Of a DNA stretch of 64,000 nucleotides, positions 43,305 to 53,966 are shown in pieces. A program made the position numbers and the translations under genes. The notes under the pieces are model-generated. The model searched no databases, was not told the origin of the DNA, and saw only the letters and a program-made list of their open reading frames with translations. This stretch comes from an uncultured Bdellovibrionales bacterium (GTDB taxonomy: Bacteria > Patescibacteriota > Minisyncoccia > Moranbacterales > UBA2206). How positions within the stretch are numbered: the stretch's first letter is position 1; every line of letters starts with the position of its first letter. The DNA is taken from assembly GCA_964538685.1 (NCBI GenBank), contig CAZIFD010000002.1, positions 13,255-77,254 of the forward strand, written 5' to 3'.

Positions 43305-45638
43305 CTAGTTCTTTCTTAAAAAATATATATTCAAAAAAATCAAACTGACAAAAACCAAAAAGCAATCAATTATAATTCCCAGATAAAAATAGCTTTGTGG
43401 CAAAAAATAAATAATAATATTAAAATCCAAACTTTTGTCAGAATTTTCCCTATAATATTCGTTGGAAAAATTATTTTTAATAAATTCCGGATTGATTTCC
43501 CATTGATTAGAAAAATTAGAATCCAGACTGTGATCTTCTTCAAAAATTGAGTTTTTAAACAAATAACTTATTTCTTCTCCCTCAAAAAAAACTTTACTAG
43601 AACGACATTCTCGGCTTGAAAAATTAACATATTCATAAATTGGATTACAAGTTAATTCCTCATTAATAGGTTTGAGATAGAGTTTCCACTGAGAATTAAA
43701 AGATTGTAAAAGGTTCAGTTTTTCCTTTCCTTTAATATTTTTTATGCTTATTTTATATTTTGTAGGATTTATTTTTTCAAAAATTAAATCACTCCCAACG
43801 CTGATAGGAGGTAAAATATTTTCTTCCGACAATTCGTATAAAATAAAATAATCATTCTCTTCAATTTTCTTCAATTTTTTCGCCTCTTCCAAGTTTTCTA
43901 AAAAAAATCTGATTTTTTCCGTACCCAAAAACCAATCTTCAGGAATATCTTTGTGAAACATAATATAGCGAGCTCCAAATTTTTTTACTTCTTCCAACAA
44001 ATAACGAGATTCTTGACTTCTTTCATTGACCTCCTTGAATGAAAGTCGGGTTTCCAAGAGCGGATGATCATAACTATTGGCGCTAATATAGCGCTTATTA
44101 TAAAGAAGATATAAAAAATCATGTCCGACAAAATTCCATTTTGGATAATTGGACCAATTAAGGGAATTAACTTTGGCATAAGGCAAAGAAATAATAGCCG
44201 TATCTTCGTCGCTTTGGTTGATTTTTTTTGCCACTTCTTTGTATTCTTGGGGGATTTCAACTGAAATTTTATAGCCGTTGTCCGATGGCTCCAAAAGATT
44301 TTTGTCCAGCTCCCAATTGAGATATTTATTAATTCCGCCAAAATAAAAAGGGAATGGAATGAGTAATAACAGGATGAAAATTATATTTGCTGTTTTCTTT
44401 TTTAAGTCAAAAAATGAAATTGCTAAAACCAGAGAAAGGGTTAAAAAATATTGAAAGAAAACTTGAATTTTATCCGGCGACCGAAAAAGCAAAAAACCGG
44501 GAAGTCGGAAAAGAAATTCGGAAATTGCTTCAAATGGAGAAGTGATTCTGGCTACAAGAATAATACTCAAAAAAAATACCAAAAGAATAATGATTGAAAT
44601 TTTTAAATCTTGCCAATTGTTTTTTTTATTTTTCCAAAAATAAAGCCAAAATAAAATCAAAATAATTGGCAAAAAATTAAGTGCTTGCGGAATCAATTTT
44701 CCCCAAAAATTACTACTAAAATAATTTAATCCCGGAAAATGATACTTTTGAGTGTTTAATCCAAAAACTTCCAAGAGACTATTTGATCTTGTCCGAATAT
44801 TGTTAATTGCATCTCCGCCAAAACTTTCCGTAGTTTCAATTTTTTCAGCATATTCTATTTGAGAAGCAACAAAAGGAGCTAAAAAATAAAGCGATAAAAT
44901 AATTTGAAGAACCAAAACAACTAAAAACGAAACTAATATTTTTTTGTCAAATTTTTCCAAAAAATACGCTAAAGCAAAAACCAATCCCTCAAAAAGAAAA
45001 AGGGCAGCTAAAAAAGCGATATTATTAAAACTCACCGTTGATAAGAAAAAGACAATTATCATTATGAAATAATATTCTTTTTTTCTTTTTAAAAGACAAC
45101 TAAGAAAGACTGCCATCAAAGGAGGAATGAAAAGATAGATCAAAAAATGATGCAAATATCCGTAGCTAAAAGACAAAACATTAAATGTAAAAATATTAAG
45201 CGCATAAATCAAACCACCCCAAAAACTAACTATTCCGCCAAGTTTGTTTCTGTTAATAAACAGTTTTGAAATCAATCGCAAAGAAAAATAAAAAGATAAA
45301 AAGGCCCCATAAAGAAAGCCAAACGCCAAAACTTGAGCGATTTGCGAATATTCAAGTCCGATTTCTTCCAAAAGCATCTGGAGAAAATAAAAAGGGAAAG
45401 CTACGGTAAGTGGATTGAATTGTCCTTGCCCAGAGTGGTAGAACCAAGTGAATAAATAATTGCGGAAATTTTCCTTGATATTAATAAGTTGATAGAAATC
45501 TCCCTGAGCAATAACCGAGCCTGGTTGAAAAGGATTTAACGAGAAAACAACAACCGCCAAAAAAACAGCCACGCTCAAATGAGCCACAAGCCGAGGCTTT
45601 TGAAGAATTAGTTGTTTAATTTTTCTTAAAATCAGCAT
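43305..45638 (-). CDS. Large polytopic membrane protein (YfhO/GT-C-like) with a C-terminal extracytoplasmic domain
   Basis: About 13 N-terminal TM helices, a soluble domain, and a final TM. 777 aa. Confidence 0.35.
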   Translation of the reverse strand: MLILRKIKQLILQKPRLVAHLSVAVFLAVVVFSLNPFQPGSVIAQGDFYQLINIKENFRNYLFTWFYHSGQGQFNPLTVAFPFYFLQMLLEEIGLEYSQIAQVLAFGFLYGAFLSFYFSLRLISKLFINRNKLGGIVSFWGGLIYALNIFTFNVLSFSYGYLHHFLIYLFIPPLMAVFLSCLLKRKKEYYFIMIIVFFLSTVSFNNIAFLAALFLFEGLVFALAYFLEKFDKKILVSFLVVLVLQIILSLYFLAPFVASQIEYAEKIETTESFGGDAINNIRTRSNSLLEVFGLNTQKYHFPGLNYFSSNFWGKLIPQALNFLPIILILFWLYFWKNKKNNWQDLKISIIILLVFFLSIILVARITSPFEAISEFLFRLPGFLLFRSPDKIQVFFQYFLTLSLVLAISFFDLKKKTANIIFILLLLIPFPFYFGGINKYLNWELDKNLLEPSDNGYKISVEIPQEYKEVAKKINQSDEDTAIISLPYAKVNSLNWSNYPKWNFVGHDFLYLLYNKRYISANSYDHPLLETRLSFKEVNERSQESRYLLEEVKKFGARYIMFHKDIPEDWFLGTEKIRFFLENLEEAKKLKKIEENDYFILYELSEENILPPISVGSDLIFEKINPTKYKISIKNIKGKEKLNLLQSFNSQWKLYLKPINEELTCNPIYEYVNFSSRECRSSKVFFEGEEISYLFKNSIFEEDHSLDSNFSNQWEINPEFIKNNFSNEYYRENSDKSLDFNIIIYFLPQSYFYLGIIIDCFLVFVSLIFLNIYFLRKN

Positions 45639-46674
45639 AAATTTTAATTATTTGTTCCACTCTATTGTGATAAGTGTGATTTTTCAGCACTCTCTTTTGA
45701 CCAGCTTCAATAATCGGAATTTTTTCTTTTGGATTTTTAAGATAATAATCAATTTGAGAAAACCATTCTTTTTTATCTTTGGCTAACACAATCTCTTTTC
45801 CTACTCTGAAATATTTCTCCAAGCACGGCACCGCATCGGAAATTTCAAAACCTCCACAAAGCGGAATTTTAAAAGTCCGTTCATTACAATCGCCTCCAAA
45901 ACTTTTCTGGTAGTCTTCGTGAACATTGATGCAAATTTTGGCTGAAGAATATATTTTGGATTCATCTTCCAGTTTTAGTTTTGGCTTTTGAATTGATCGA
46001 AGAAGTGGAAGATTGAAATATTGACCGATTTTTTGAATAAATCCCAACAGCCTGTCTTTTCGCGTCCAGTCTTGTCCATAGAGCTTGAGATCATACTTTT
46101 CTCCTAAAGGAAAAACAAATTCCTTAAAAAATTTCCGCTTGGCTGGCAAATAAGTTCCAACAAAAGCAATATCAGAAACAAACTTCTCATCAAAAAAATT
46201 TTTCATTAAAGTTTTGTCTGCCGCCAATGGAATAGTATGCCATTTTTTTCCGGTTGTTTCAAAAAATCCCTCCATTCGCCCGTCGCCTTGTTCCACCACA
46301 TGAAAAAACACATCACCTAATTTATTATTTTTAATAAGCTCAATGGTTTTTTTGTCAGTTTTCATTCCTCCCGGTTCATTAACTTGAGTTTTTCTGACAG
46401 GAGAATTCCAATAATCCAATTTCACAAAAACAACCATTCCCTTTTTTCTGTAGTTTTCCAGAATGTTCAAATTCAAAAATTTTTGATAATAAAAATGAGA
46501 AGCGGTTAGAAATATGTCCGGCCGATTATTTCTCAAAAAACATTCCAAATCATCACCAGCCGTAAAAGTAAAAAATTCATGTCCCAGATCTAAGAAAGCA
46601 TTGCGAAATCCGTGATAGATGGTTCGCTGAGCATAAATGCTTGACAGCGATGGCATATGATAAGCTATTTTCAT
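45616..46674 (-). CDS. CgeB-like glycosyltransferase (DUF3880 + GT1/GT4-type C-terminal domain)
   Basis: C-terminal E-x7-E-type motif (IEAGQKRVLKNHTYHNRVE) and overall 352-aa architecture. Confidence 0.45.
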   Translation of the reverse strand: MKIAYHMPSLSSIYAQRTIYHGFRNAFLDLGHEFFTFTAGDDLECFLRNNRPDIFLTASHFYYQKFLNLNILENYRKKGMVVFVKLDYWNSPVRKTQVNEPGGMKTDKKTIELIKNNKLGDVFFHVVEQGDGRMEGFFETTGKKWHTIPLAADKTLMKNFFDEKFVSDIAFVGTYLPAKRKFFKEFVFPLGEKYDLKLYGQDWTRKDRLLGFIQKIGQYFNLPLLRSIQKPKLKLEDESKIYSSAKICINVHEDYQKSFGGDCNERTFKIPLCGGFEISDAVPCLEKYFRVGKEIVLAKDKKEWFSQIDYYLKNPKEKIPIIEAGQKRVLKNHTYHNRVEQIIKIYADFKKN

Positions 46675-47300
46675 TTTTTTTTGGCTATGATTAAAATAGT
46701 TTCCCTAAATTTTTTTCCAAAAATTTTGCATAACCAATAATTTAAAACTACTAGCGGGGTGTCTTTGGGAAAAGGAAAATGCAAATAATCAAGCCTTGTT
46801 ATTTGAAACTCATATCTCCTTAAAAGCTCCTGAATCGTTTTGGGAGTAAAATAAACCGTATGTTCATCATTAACCGGCGGTTCATTGGTAAATCCAGCCA
46901 AAATCCGTACCAACCTAGCCAAAGAAAAAGTATTGGGCGTAAGAATTACCAATTCACCACCAGCTTTGAGATTTTTTTGGGAACATTCCAAGAAATTTCC
47001 CGGATTAGACAAGTGTTCAATCAGGTCACCAGCAAACACCAAGTCAAATTTTCTGTCCGCAACAAAATTTTCCGCATTGCCATAAACTATTTCATAACCC
47101 TCTTTTTGAGCTTCTTCCACATCTTTTTTTAAATAATCAATTCCCAAAACCGTCTTGGCTGATTGCCTTAAAACATCAAAGTTCCAGATTTTTTCTTTTC
47201 CCCTTTGAGAAAAATTATGCTGAATACTGCCAATATCCAAAACTTCTTTGTCTTTTGTTATTTGGCCTATTTTTTTGTAATATTCTTCTTGAAGTTTCAT
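46671..47300 (-). CDS. Class I SAM-dependent methyltransferase
   Basis: VLDIGS (motif I region) ... DLVFAGDLIEHL ... GGELVILTPN, the Methyltransf_11/23 pattern. Confidence 0.65.
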   Translation of the reverse strand: MKLQEEYYKKIGQITKDKEVLDIGSIQHNFSQRGKEKIWNFDVLRQSAKTVLGIDYLKKDVEEAQKEGYEIVYGNAENFVADRKFDLVFAGDLIEHLSNPGNFLECSQKNLKAGGELVILTPNTFSLARLVRILAGFTNEPPVNDEHTVYFTPKTIQELLRRYEFQITRLDYLHFPFPKDTPLVVLNYWLCKIFGKKFRETILIIAKKK

Positions 47301-48136
47301 AATATTTTTTTTGATCGCAAAAAATTAAATGCTTGAAATTTAAATTTAGCTGGTATTAAAAACATACTGAGGTACTGAAAGAAAAAATAAATCTTGTCTG
47401 AAAATCTCATTGAATAATCATATTCCATAATTGATTTAATTCTAATGTAAAGAGTGAATTTTTCCTGATTTTTAGCCCTATTAAGACTAATTCCATTAGG
47501 ATTGGTTCTCATTTTATAGAGTTGATCTTCCAAATTGGCAAAATGACCCAATCGTCCAATACGAAAATAAAAATCATAATCTTGAGCGGCAAAAAATTTT
47601 TCGTTATATCCTCCAATTTTCTGAGCTACTTGAGTTTTATAAATTGTCGTGGCATGGCAAAAAGGACTATAGCGAAAGATTTTTTTTCTGATTTCAGCAT
47701 CTTTTTTTCCATATTTTCTAAGATTAACAAATTTTAAATCTTGATCACAAACCACCATTGTTCCTCCACTTATGACCACGCTTGGATTTCTTTCCATAAA
47801 CTTAAATTGCTTGCTAAGCCGGTCAGGAAAAGACCAATCATCGGCATCCATTCGGGCAATATATTTTCCTCGAGCCACCTCAATCCCCCGATTAAGCGTA
47901 GCTGCGATTTTCAAATTTTCCCGATTGCGAAATGGAACAATGCGTGAATCTTTTTGGGCATATTCCGAAATAATTTCCCAAGTGCTGTCAGTTGAACAAT
48001 CATCAATAATAATAAATTCAAAATCCGAAAAAGACTGATGCAAAATACTTTCAATAGCTTTGGAAATATAATCCTCAGCATTAAAAGCTGGCATCAAAAC
48101 AGAAACTTTAGGATTTTTTTCTTGTATTGTTTTCAT
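47297..48136 (-). CDS. Family 2 glycosyltransferase
   Basis: VSVLMPAFNAEDYISKAIESILHQS...FIIIDDCSTD...YIARMDADD (DxD). Confidence 0.8.
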   Translation of the reverse strand: MKTIQEKNPKVSVLMPAFNAEDYISKAIESILHQSFSDFEFIIIDDCSTDSTWEIISEYAQKDSRIVPFRNRENLKIAATLNRGIEVARGKYIARMDADDWSFPDRLSKQFKFMERNPSVVISGGTMVVCDQDLKFVNLRKYGKKDAEIRKKIFRYSPFCHATTIYKTQVAQKIGGYNEKFFAAQDYDFYFRIGRLGHFANLEDQLYKMRTNPNGISLNRAKNQEKFTLYIRIKSIMEYDYSMRFSDKIYFFFQYLSMFLIPAKFKFQAFNFLRSKKIL

Positions 48137-48140
48137 ATTA

Positions 48141-49091
48141 TTAAAAATTCTTCTTGCGACTGATTACGAAAAGCGGGCGCGCCAAAACTTCCTGATAGAT
48201 GTTTCCAATATAAAGCGCCACCAACCCCAAACAAGATAAAATCACTCCCACTAAAAACAAGATTATAACCGCTAAAATAGCCGAGCCAGAAAAATTCAAA
48301 TTCCAAGCATCAGCAAAAACATATTTTTCAAAAAATATAAACAATCCCATAGTTCCCGAAAGTAAAGTGATAATTGAACCCAAATAACCAGCAAGCTTGA
48401 GCGGAAAAAGACTGTGTGATACAAAAGAGCTCATTGCTAAATGAAGTAACTTGATTTTAGAATAGCTAGGCTCACCAAACTTTCGCTTATCCACATTAAA
48501 CTCCACAAAAGCTTTTTCAAATCCCAACCAATCAATCAATCCGCGCGTAATTCGTCCATGTTCGGAAAACCGCTTAAATTCATCAATGACTCTCCGATCA
48601 ATCAGACGAAAATCGCTTGAACTTGGCATCAAATTAGTTTCACCAATCAAATTCATTATGAAATAAAATATTTTGGAAATCAGATTTCCCCAAAATCCCT
48701 TGCCGTTGCCGTTTTTTCGCACTCCCACCACCACGAGAAAACCTTCTTCCCATTTTTTTAAAAAATTTGGAATAGTTTTGGGCGGATGTTGCAAATCAGC
48801 ATCCAACATCACTGCCGCATCACCCAAACAAAACGAAAGTCCAGCAGTCGTTGCCAATTCTTTTCCAAAATTGCGAGAAAATTCCAAATATTTCACCCGG
48901 GAATATTTCTCAGATAGCCTTTGACAAATAATGGCACTTTTATCACAACTGCCATCATTGACAAATATAACTTCAAAAAAATATTTTCCAATTAGTTTTT
49001 GTTCCACTTTTAAAACTTCCCTAAGTACCAAAGGAACATTTTTTTCTTCGTTAAAAACAGGAATAATGATAGATATTAATTTTTCTTTCAT
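48141..49091 (-). CDS. Family 2 glycosyltransferase with C-terminal TM helices (polyprenyl-phosphate sugar synthase-like)
   Basis: ISIIIPVFNEEKN...FVNDGSCDKS...MLDADLQHPP, then 2 C-terminal TM helices. Confidence 0.75.
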   Translation of the reverse strand: MKEKLISIIIPVFNEEKNVPLVLREVLKVEQKLIGKYFFEVIFVNDGSCDKSAIICQRLSEKYSRVKYLEFSRNFGKELATTAGLSFCLGDAAVMLDADLQHPPKTIPNFLKKWEEGFLVVVGVRKNGNGKGFWGNLISKIFYFIMNLIGETNLMPSSSDFRLIDRRVIDEFKRFSEHGRITRGLIDWLGFEKAFVEFNVDKRKFGEPSYSKIKLLHLAMSSFVSHSLFPLKLAGYLGSIITLLSGTMGLFIFFEKYVFADAWNLNFSGSAILAVIILFLVGVILSCLGLVALYIGNIYQEVLARPLFVISRKKNF

Positions 49092-50407
49092 AGCTTTGTT
49101 TCTGCTATCAATTGCTTACCTAAAAAAATATGATTAAACCCAAATATTAAGGAAAAACCGAAAACCAAAACGATTGTCAAAGACTCAACTAATGACTTGA
49201 GACTACTATTGAAAATAGAAACTAAAATCAACATTAAAACCAAAATAATCAGTATAATCCAAGAAACCCGAAAGTCATTCCTGGAAAAAGACCAATTAAT
49301 TTCCAGCATCAGGATTGAAAGCAAAAAAATATTAAGAATAAACCATGGAAGTAAAAAGGCATAAAGAGTAAATTTATCTCCAAAAATAAAACCCATCAAC
49401 ATCTCCGGAAAGAGCCAACTGAAAACAAAAACTCCCAGACTTAGAATCGTTATGGTTAGATAGGAAAAAAACATCGTTTTCTGCTGATTTTTTTCACTGT
49501 CATTAAAATGAAAAATTCTAGGAAGAGCCACTGAAACCACCGACATATTGAGCCAAAAAAGAGTTTTGGAAAAAGTGCTTAGTGCCCCGAAATGACCCGC
49601 CATTTCAGGGGAAATAAAAATTTTGGAAAAAAGAATATCCGCATTTTGAAACAAAACCACCAAAAAAGAAAAGCAAGCAATAATCCAAATATTTCTTCCG
49701 ATGTTCTCTTGGGGAAAATATTTTTCTTTCCAATCTTTTCCATCTCCTAATTTCGGTTTTCCGATTTTTTTTCTAACTGCCATTTTCCAAAAAATAAAAC
49801 TGGACAAAGAAGCCAAACAAAATGACAATGCAATAATTGAAGCTTTGGCAAAAAACAAAGCCAATAAAAGACCAAGAATTAGTTTGATTCCGGCGGACAA
49901 AACCGAACCGACTCCAAAATGAAAAAAATCTTCAAAAGCCGAAAGATTAGCGCCATAGACTACCGCCAAGGAAGTAAAAATTGCCGAAAAAAAGATAAAT
50001 ATTAATCCATAATAATCAGAAAGTTTAAAAATATTAAAAATCCAAGGAGAAATTAAAAAGAAAAAAATAAAACCTGCAAGAGATGCTTTCCAAATGGAAT
50101 TTTCAGTTTTTTTCAAAAACTGAAAATTTGCTTTCAAATCATTGTTCTTCCTAAAAACAGCAACGAATTTTACCACAAAATAAGTGATGGCCTGAGAAGC
50201 AAAACCAAAAACCACCGAAAGAGAAATCAATACTTGCAATTCACCATAAGCTATAACAGAAACTTGTCGGGAAACCAAAAAATGAAATAAATAATTTAAA
50301 AAGCCAGCCAAAAAAGCTCCCGTAGCATAGAAGATGAAATTTTGAAACAAAATATGGTTTTCTGGAGCTTTTTCAAGCATTTTTTCTTTCTCAAAGTTGA
50401 CCTGCAA
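49088..50407 (-). CDS. Polytopic membrane protein (Wzx/MATE-like oligosaccharide flippase candidate)
   Basis: About 12-14 TM helices, 439 aa. Operonic with the glycosyltransferases. Confidence 0.45.
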   Translation of the reverse strand: MQVNFEKEKMLEKAPENHILFQNFIFYATGAFLAGFLNYLFHFLVSRQVSVIAYGELQVLISLSVVFGFASQAITYFVVKFVAVFRKNNDLKANFQFLKKTENSIWKASLAGFIFFFLISPWIFNIFKLSDYYGLIFIFFSAIFTSLAVVYGANLSAFEDFFHFGVGSVLSAGIKLILGLLLALFFAKASIIALSFCLASLSSFIFWKMAVRKKIGKPKLGDGKDWKEKYFPQENIGRNIWIIACFSFLVVLFQNADILFSKIFISPEMAGHFGALSTFSKTLFWLNMSVVSVALPRIFHFNDSEKNQQKTMFFSYLTITILSLGVFVFSWLFPEMLMGFIFGDKFTLYAFLLPWFILNIFLLSILMLEINWSFSRNDFRVSWIILIILVLMLILVSIFNSSLKSLVESLTIVLVFGFSLIFGFNHIFLGKQLIAETKL

Positions 50408-50536
50408 TTATACATAATTTTTCAATTTTGTCAAATAAACCAACCTGCCAATTTTAGCCTTGCCAAAAAACTCTAGGTATGGTAAAAATGATTATGTCTC
50501 AGTAATTTTTTTAATTCACTTTTAATTTTAGAAAAA

Positions 50537-50806
50537 ATGCCTATCAAAAAATCAGCCAAGAAGTATATGCGGGTTACTGAAAGAAAAACCGAAAAAAACC
50601 GCAAAATAAAAGGGGCTTTCCGAAGCGCCATCAAAAAAACTCAGGAGTGCTTGAGTAAAAACGAGATTGAAAAAGCTCAAGAGTCTCTCAAAAAATCCAT
50701 CAAGGCCATTGACAAAGCTATTCAAAAAAAAGTTCTCAAAAAGAACACCGGTGCTCGCAAAAAATCCCGACTCAACAAAAAAGTCAAAGAATTGGCTAAG
50801 AAGTAA
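50537..50806 (+). CDS. rpsT: 30S ribosomal protein S20
   Basis: MPIKKSAKKYMRVTERKTEKNR... Basic, 89 aa, typical bS20. Confidence 0.85.
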   Translation: MPIKKSAKKYMRVTERKTEKNRKIKGAFRSAIKKTQECLSKNEIEKAQESLKKSIKAIDKAIQKKVLKKNTGARKKSRLNKKVKELAKK

Positions 50807-50824
50807 GTTCTTCCAAACAAAAAA

Positions 50825-50852
50825 ACCTCAATGATCTGTTGAGGTTTTTTTG
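50825..50852. terminator. Hairpin + T-run terminator after rpsT (probably bidirectional, also serving holA)
   Basis: 'acctcaatgatctgttgaggt' followed by 'tttttttg'. Confidence 0.65.
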
Positions 50853-50874
50853 TTTTGCAAAGAGCGCTTGTTTT

Positions 50875-51843
50875 TTAAACTTCTACCAAAAACTTTTGCA
50901 AAGCCAATTTGATGTCAATTTTACCGGTTTTTATTTTTTGGTCCAAACCGGATAATTTGGCGTAAATTTTTTTCAATTTAAGAAAAGGCAAATTTCTAAT
51001 TTGCGAAAGGCTTTTTTTGACCACGAAAGGATGCATTTTGGCCAGTTTGGCAATTTCATATTCATTATTAACTCCGATTTTTTGCAATCCGGAAACCTTG
51101 ATTAAATTTCTAAACTGATAGACTAACATTGAAAAAAGATAAAACGGATCATCTCCATTTTCCAAATGATTTTCCAGTAACTCCAAGGCTTTTTGTTTGT
51201 TGTTTTCTCCCACTGCGTCAATTGTGGCAAAAATATTACTGTCCAAAATTGATCGCACCAAAGATTCAACGGCTATTTCATTTATTTCCGGATCATCGGA
51301 AAAATTCACCAATTTTTTGATTTCATTATTCAGAAAAAAAATATTTCCTCCGGTGTAGGCAATGAGCTTTTGGATTGCCTTCGGAGAAATATTCTTCTCC
51401 GAATCAATATATTTTATTTTCTTGACAATCCAACTTTCAAGATTAGCTCCGACTAGAATTTCAAATTGTTGCTTATTTATTTCTTTTTCTTTTTCCAGAA
51501 ATTTAAAAAAACTATTGTTTTTTCTGGGAAGTCCGTCTTCCCGAAAAACCACTTCTAGATTTTGGTCGGAAAAAATATTTCGGTTTTTTTTAAAATATTC
51601 CAGAAGCAAATCTTGTTCTTCTTTTTTTCCGAGAGTAATCATATTTTCCACAATCACCAATCGCTTTTCCGAAAACAATCCTCGGGAAACTAAAGCTTCA
51701 ACAATATTGTTTTCTCCGGAATCGGAAAAATCAAAAACCGAAAGGCCGGAACCAAATTGTTCCGACCCCAAAAATTTATCTTTTATTTCCTTGAGTTTTT
51801 CTTTGGAGCGAAAAGTGTCTTCGCCATAAAAAAAGAAAATCAT
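50875..51843 (-). CDS. holA: DNA polymerase III delta subunit
   Basis: MIFFFYGEDTFRSKEKLKEIKDKF... is the typical HolA N-terminus. 322 aa. Confidence 0.7.
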   Translation of the reverse strand: MIFFFYGEDTFRSKEKLKEIKDKFLGSEQFGSGLSVFDFSDSGENNIVEALVSRGLFSEKRLVIVENMITLGKKEEQDLLLEYFKKNRNIFSDQNLEVVFREDGLPRKNNSFFKFLEKEKEINKQQFEILVGANLESWIVKKIKYIDSEKNISPKAIQKLIAYTGGNIFFLNNEIKKLVNFSDDPEINEIAVESLVRSILDSNIFATIDAVGENNKQKALELLENHLENGDDPFYLFSMLVYQFRNLIKVSGLQKIGVNNEYEIAKLAKMHPFVVKKSLSQIRNLPFLKLKKIYAKLSGLDQKIKTGKIDIKLALQKFLVEV

Positions 51844-51923
51844 AGAATATCAAACTTCAAGCACAAAACTAAAATTAATATTTTTATTTTGTGCTTATCG
51901 TTCCCATTATTCAAGCTAAAACA

Positions 51924-53015
51924 CTAAATTCCAGGAGTCCATTTGAGAGATTGGCCCGGCTCCAATATTTCCACCCAAATTTGACCAGGAACAAATTTTA
52001 CTTCTTGACCGGATTCATCATAGAAATATAATTTGCTATCCAATTTGGATTTATCTTTTTTCCAAGAGCCCTTATATTCCTTGCCATTCATATAATAGTG
52101 AGCTTCTCCAGAATCGGAAGTGTCATACCAAGGATCTCCGATTTGAACATTGTTATATTGTCCTTCTATTTGCTCTGAGGCCGCAAAAATAACAACAATA
52201 TTTTTGGGAGCAATTCGTTCACCGTTATTTCTGTCGGTATCAGCCGTGTTTCCCCAAGTTCGCAAATATGAATTATTTTCTTTTTCATAAGTATATTCAA
52301 CAGCAAACGGTCCGGCAAAAGCTACTCTCAGATTTCCTCCGTTGTTGCCTCTTTCTTCCAATGAAGCCTCAGCTTGATGATGATAACCGGAAAAATTATT
52401 TGTCATTCTGTATCCAAAAGCCTCAGCACCTTCCAAAAGCTTGGAAAATTTGGCATATCCCGTATCCACTCCCCGCATCGTTCCGGTCGCCTCTTTGCGA
52501 TAGCAATACTGTCCGGCCGATTGTCCGCCATCGTTATTGCAATTCATATTTTCAATTACACCCTCGTTCAACTTTTCTTTAGCAAAATGAGATCCTCCCC
52601 AATGAACAAAAATAGCATCCAATCCTTTAGCCAGAGCAATATAATCGTGTCGTGAACTTCTCATTGAACCAACATCATCCGGATTACCACAAACATAAAC
52701 TCCCATCAACCGCGTGATAGAAGCAGTGATTACTGGCATTTCAATTACCATATCCGCCTGAGAAAATCCAGCGGCAGGACGAGCCGTCACATCGGCCGGT
52801 TGCATCACAGCAAAAGGTCGCCTATTCCAATTCTCACAAGCCAATCCGGAAATCGGACTCACATCTCCTGTATTAGCCGGACCGGTTTCCTGAGTAATAT
52901 TGCTATTTAAATCAATTTGTTTGTCAGCCTTCTTTGTGCGAGAAAAGAAATACACCAGCCCTCCGGCTAAAACAATAACCAGAATAGCAATAATTATTTT
53001 TTGCTTTTTGCTCAT
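51924..53015 (-). CDS. Membrane-anchored lipoprotein-like protein (DUF3048/YerB-like)
   Basis: N-terminal TM/signal anchor, 363 aa soluble domain. Weak family assignment. Confidence 0.35.
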   Translation of the reverse strand: MSKKQKIIIAILVIVLAGGLVYFFSRTKKADKQIDLNSNITQETGPANTGDVSPISGLACENWNRRPFAVMQPADVTARPAAGFSQADMVIEMPVITASITRLMGVYVCGNPDDVGSMRSSRHDYIALAKGLDAIFVHWGGSHFAKEKLNEGVIENMNCNNDGGQSAGQYCYRKEATGTMRGVDTGYAKFSKLLEGAEAFGYRMTNNFSGYHHQAEASLEERGNNGGNLRVAFAGPFAVEYTYEKENNSYLRTWGNTADTDRNNGERIAPKNIVVIFAASEQIEGQYNNVQIGDPWYDTSDSGEAHYYMNGKEYKGSWKKDKSKLDSKLYFYDESGQEVKFVPGQIWVEILEPGQSLKWTPGI

Positions 53016-53104
53016 TTTATATTTTCCACAGCTGAAAACGCAATGCGTTGATAGTTATCCTAAATTAAAAAACTATCACTAAGCGCAAACAGCGGAGCTA
53101 AAAA

Positions 53105-53962
53105 TTATTTTTGACACTTTGGACAAAGAAAAACACTTCTTTGACCTATTTTTGAACGCACTATTATTGTACCACATTTTTGACATTTTTCACCCTGACG
53201 ATTATAGACTTTGAGAACTTTTTGAAAGTTGCCGGGAGCGCCGGAAGTATCCCGATAATCACTGTCTGATGTTCCCCTTAGTTCCACAGCTTGCCTTAAA
53301 ATTTTCTTGATGTTTTGAAAAATTTCTCTCTTTTCATCAGAACTTAAGCTTTCCGTTTTTCTTTCCGCTTTAACCCCAGAAACAAAAAGGATTTCACTTC
53401 TATAAATATTGCCAATTCCGGCAATCAAACCTTGCTCCATCAACAAAATACCTATTGGCTTTTTGGGTCTTTTTTTTAAAATTTCCTCAAATTTATTGAA
53501 AGTAAATTTTTCACTCAGCGCATCCACTCCCAGGACTTTTATTTCTGGTAATTCTTCTACCTCGTTAGTATCCACCAAAACAATCTTTCCAAATTTTCTA
53601 AGATCTGAAAATTCCAAACTTTTTCCGCTTTTGAAAATCCATTTGTGATGAATATATTGATTGACTTTGTCAGAAAAATAATCTTCGTTTTTCTTTGTTA
53701 TTTTTTCGTTTTTCACCAACAAATGTCCGGTCATTTTAAGATGGATATAAATTGTTTTTCCCCCTGACAAATCAATAAAAATATTCTTTCCAATTCTTCT
53801 CGCTCCCAAAATACTCCGCCCAATTATTTCTTTTTTAAATTTCTGAAGAGTCGCATTTTTGACAGCGCTTGGCCAGTCAGACCAAAAAGAGACGATCTTT
53901 TCGCCTTTTATCTTTTTGTTTAAATCGCTAACCACAGTTTGGACTTCGGGTAATTCCGGCAT
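53105..53962 (-). CDS. mutM: Formamidopyrimidine-DNA glycosylase (Fpg/MutM)
   Basis: MPELPEVQTV (catalytic Pro2, Glu3), H2TH region, C-terminal zinc finger CQKCGTII...CPKCQK. Confidence 0.85.
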   Translation of the reverse strand: MPELPEVQTVVSDLNKKIKGEKIVSFWSDWPSAVKNATLQKFKKEIIGRSILGARRIGKNIFIDLSGGKTIYIHLKMTGHLLVKNEKITKKNEDYFSDKVNQYIHHKWIFKSGKSLEFSDLRKFGKIVLVDTNEVEELPEIKVLGVDALSEKFTFNKFEEILKKRPKKPIGILLMEQGLIAGIGNIYRSEILFVSGVKAERKTESLSSDEKREIFQNIKKILRQAVELRGTSDSDYRDTSGAPGNFQKVLKVYNRQGEKCQKCGTIIVRSKIGQRSVFLCPKCQK

Positions 53963-53966
53963 AAAT

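Noticed and set aside
43985-44341. 118-aa minus-strand ORF nested in 43305..45638
   Set aside because: Same strand but a different frame, inside a large membrane-protein gene. Likely an alternative-frame artefact.
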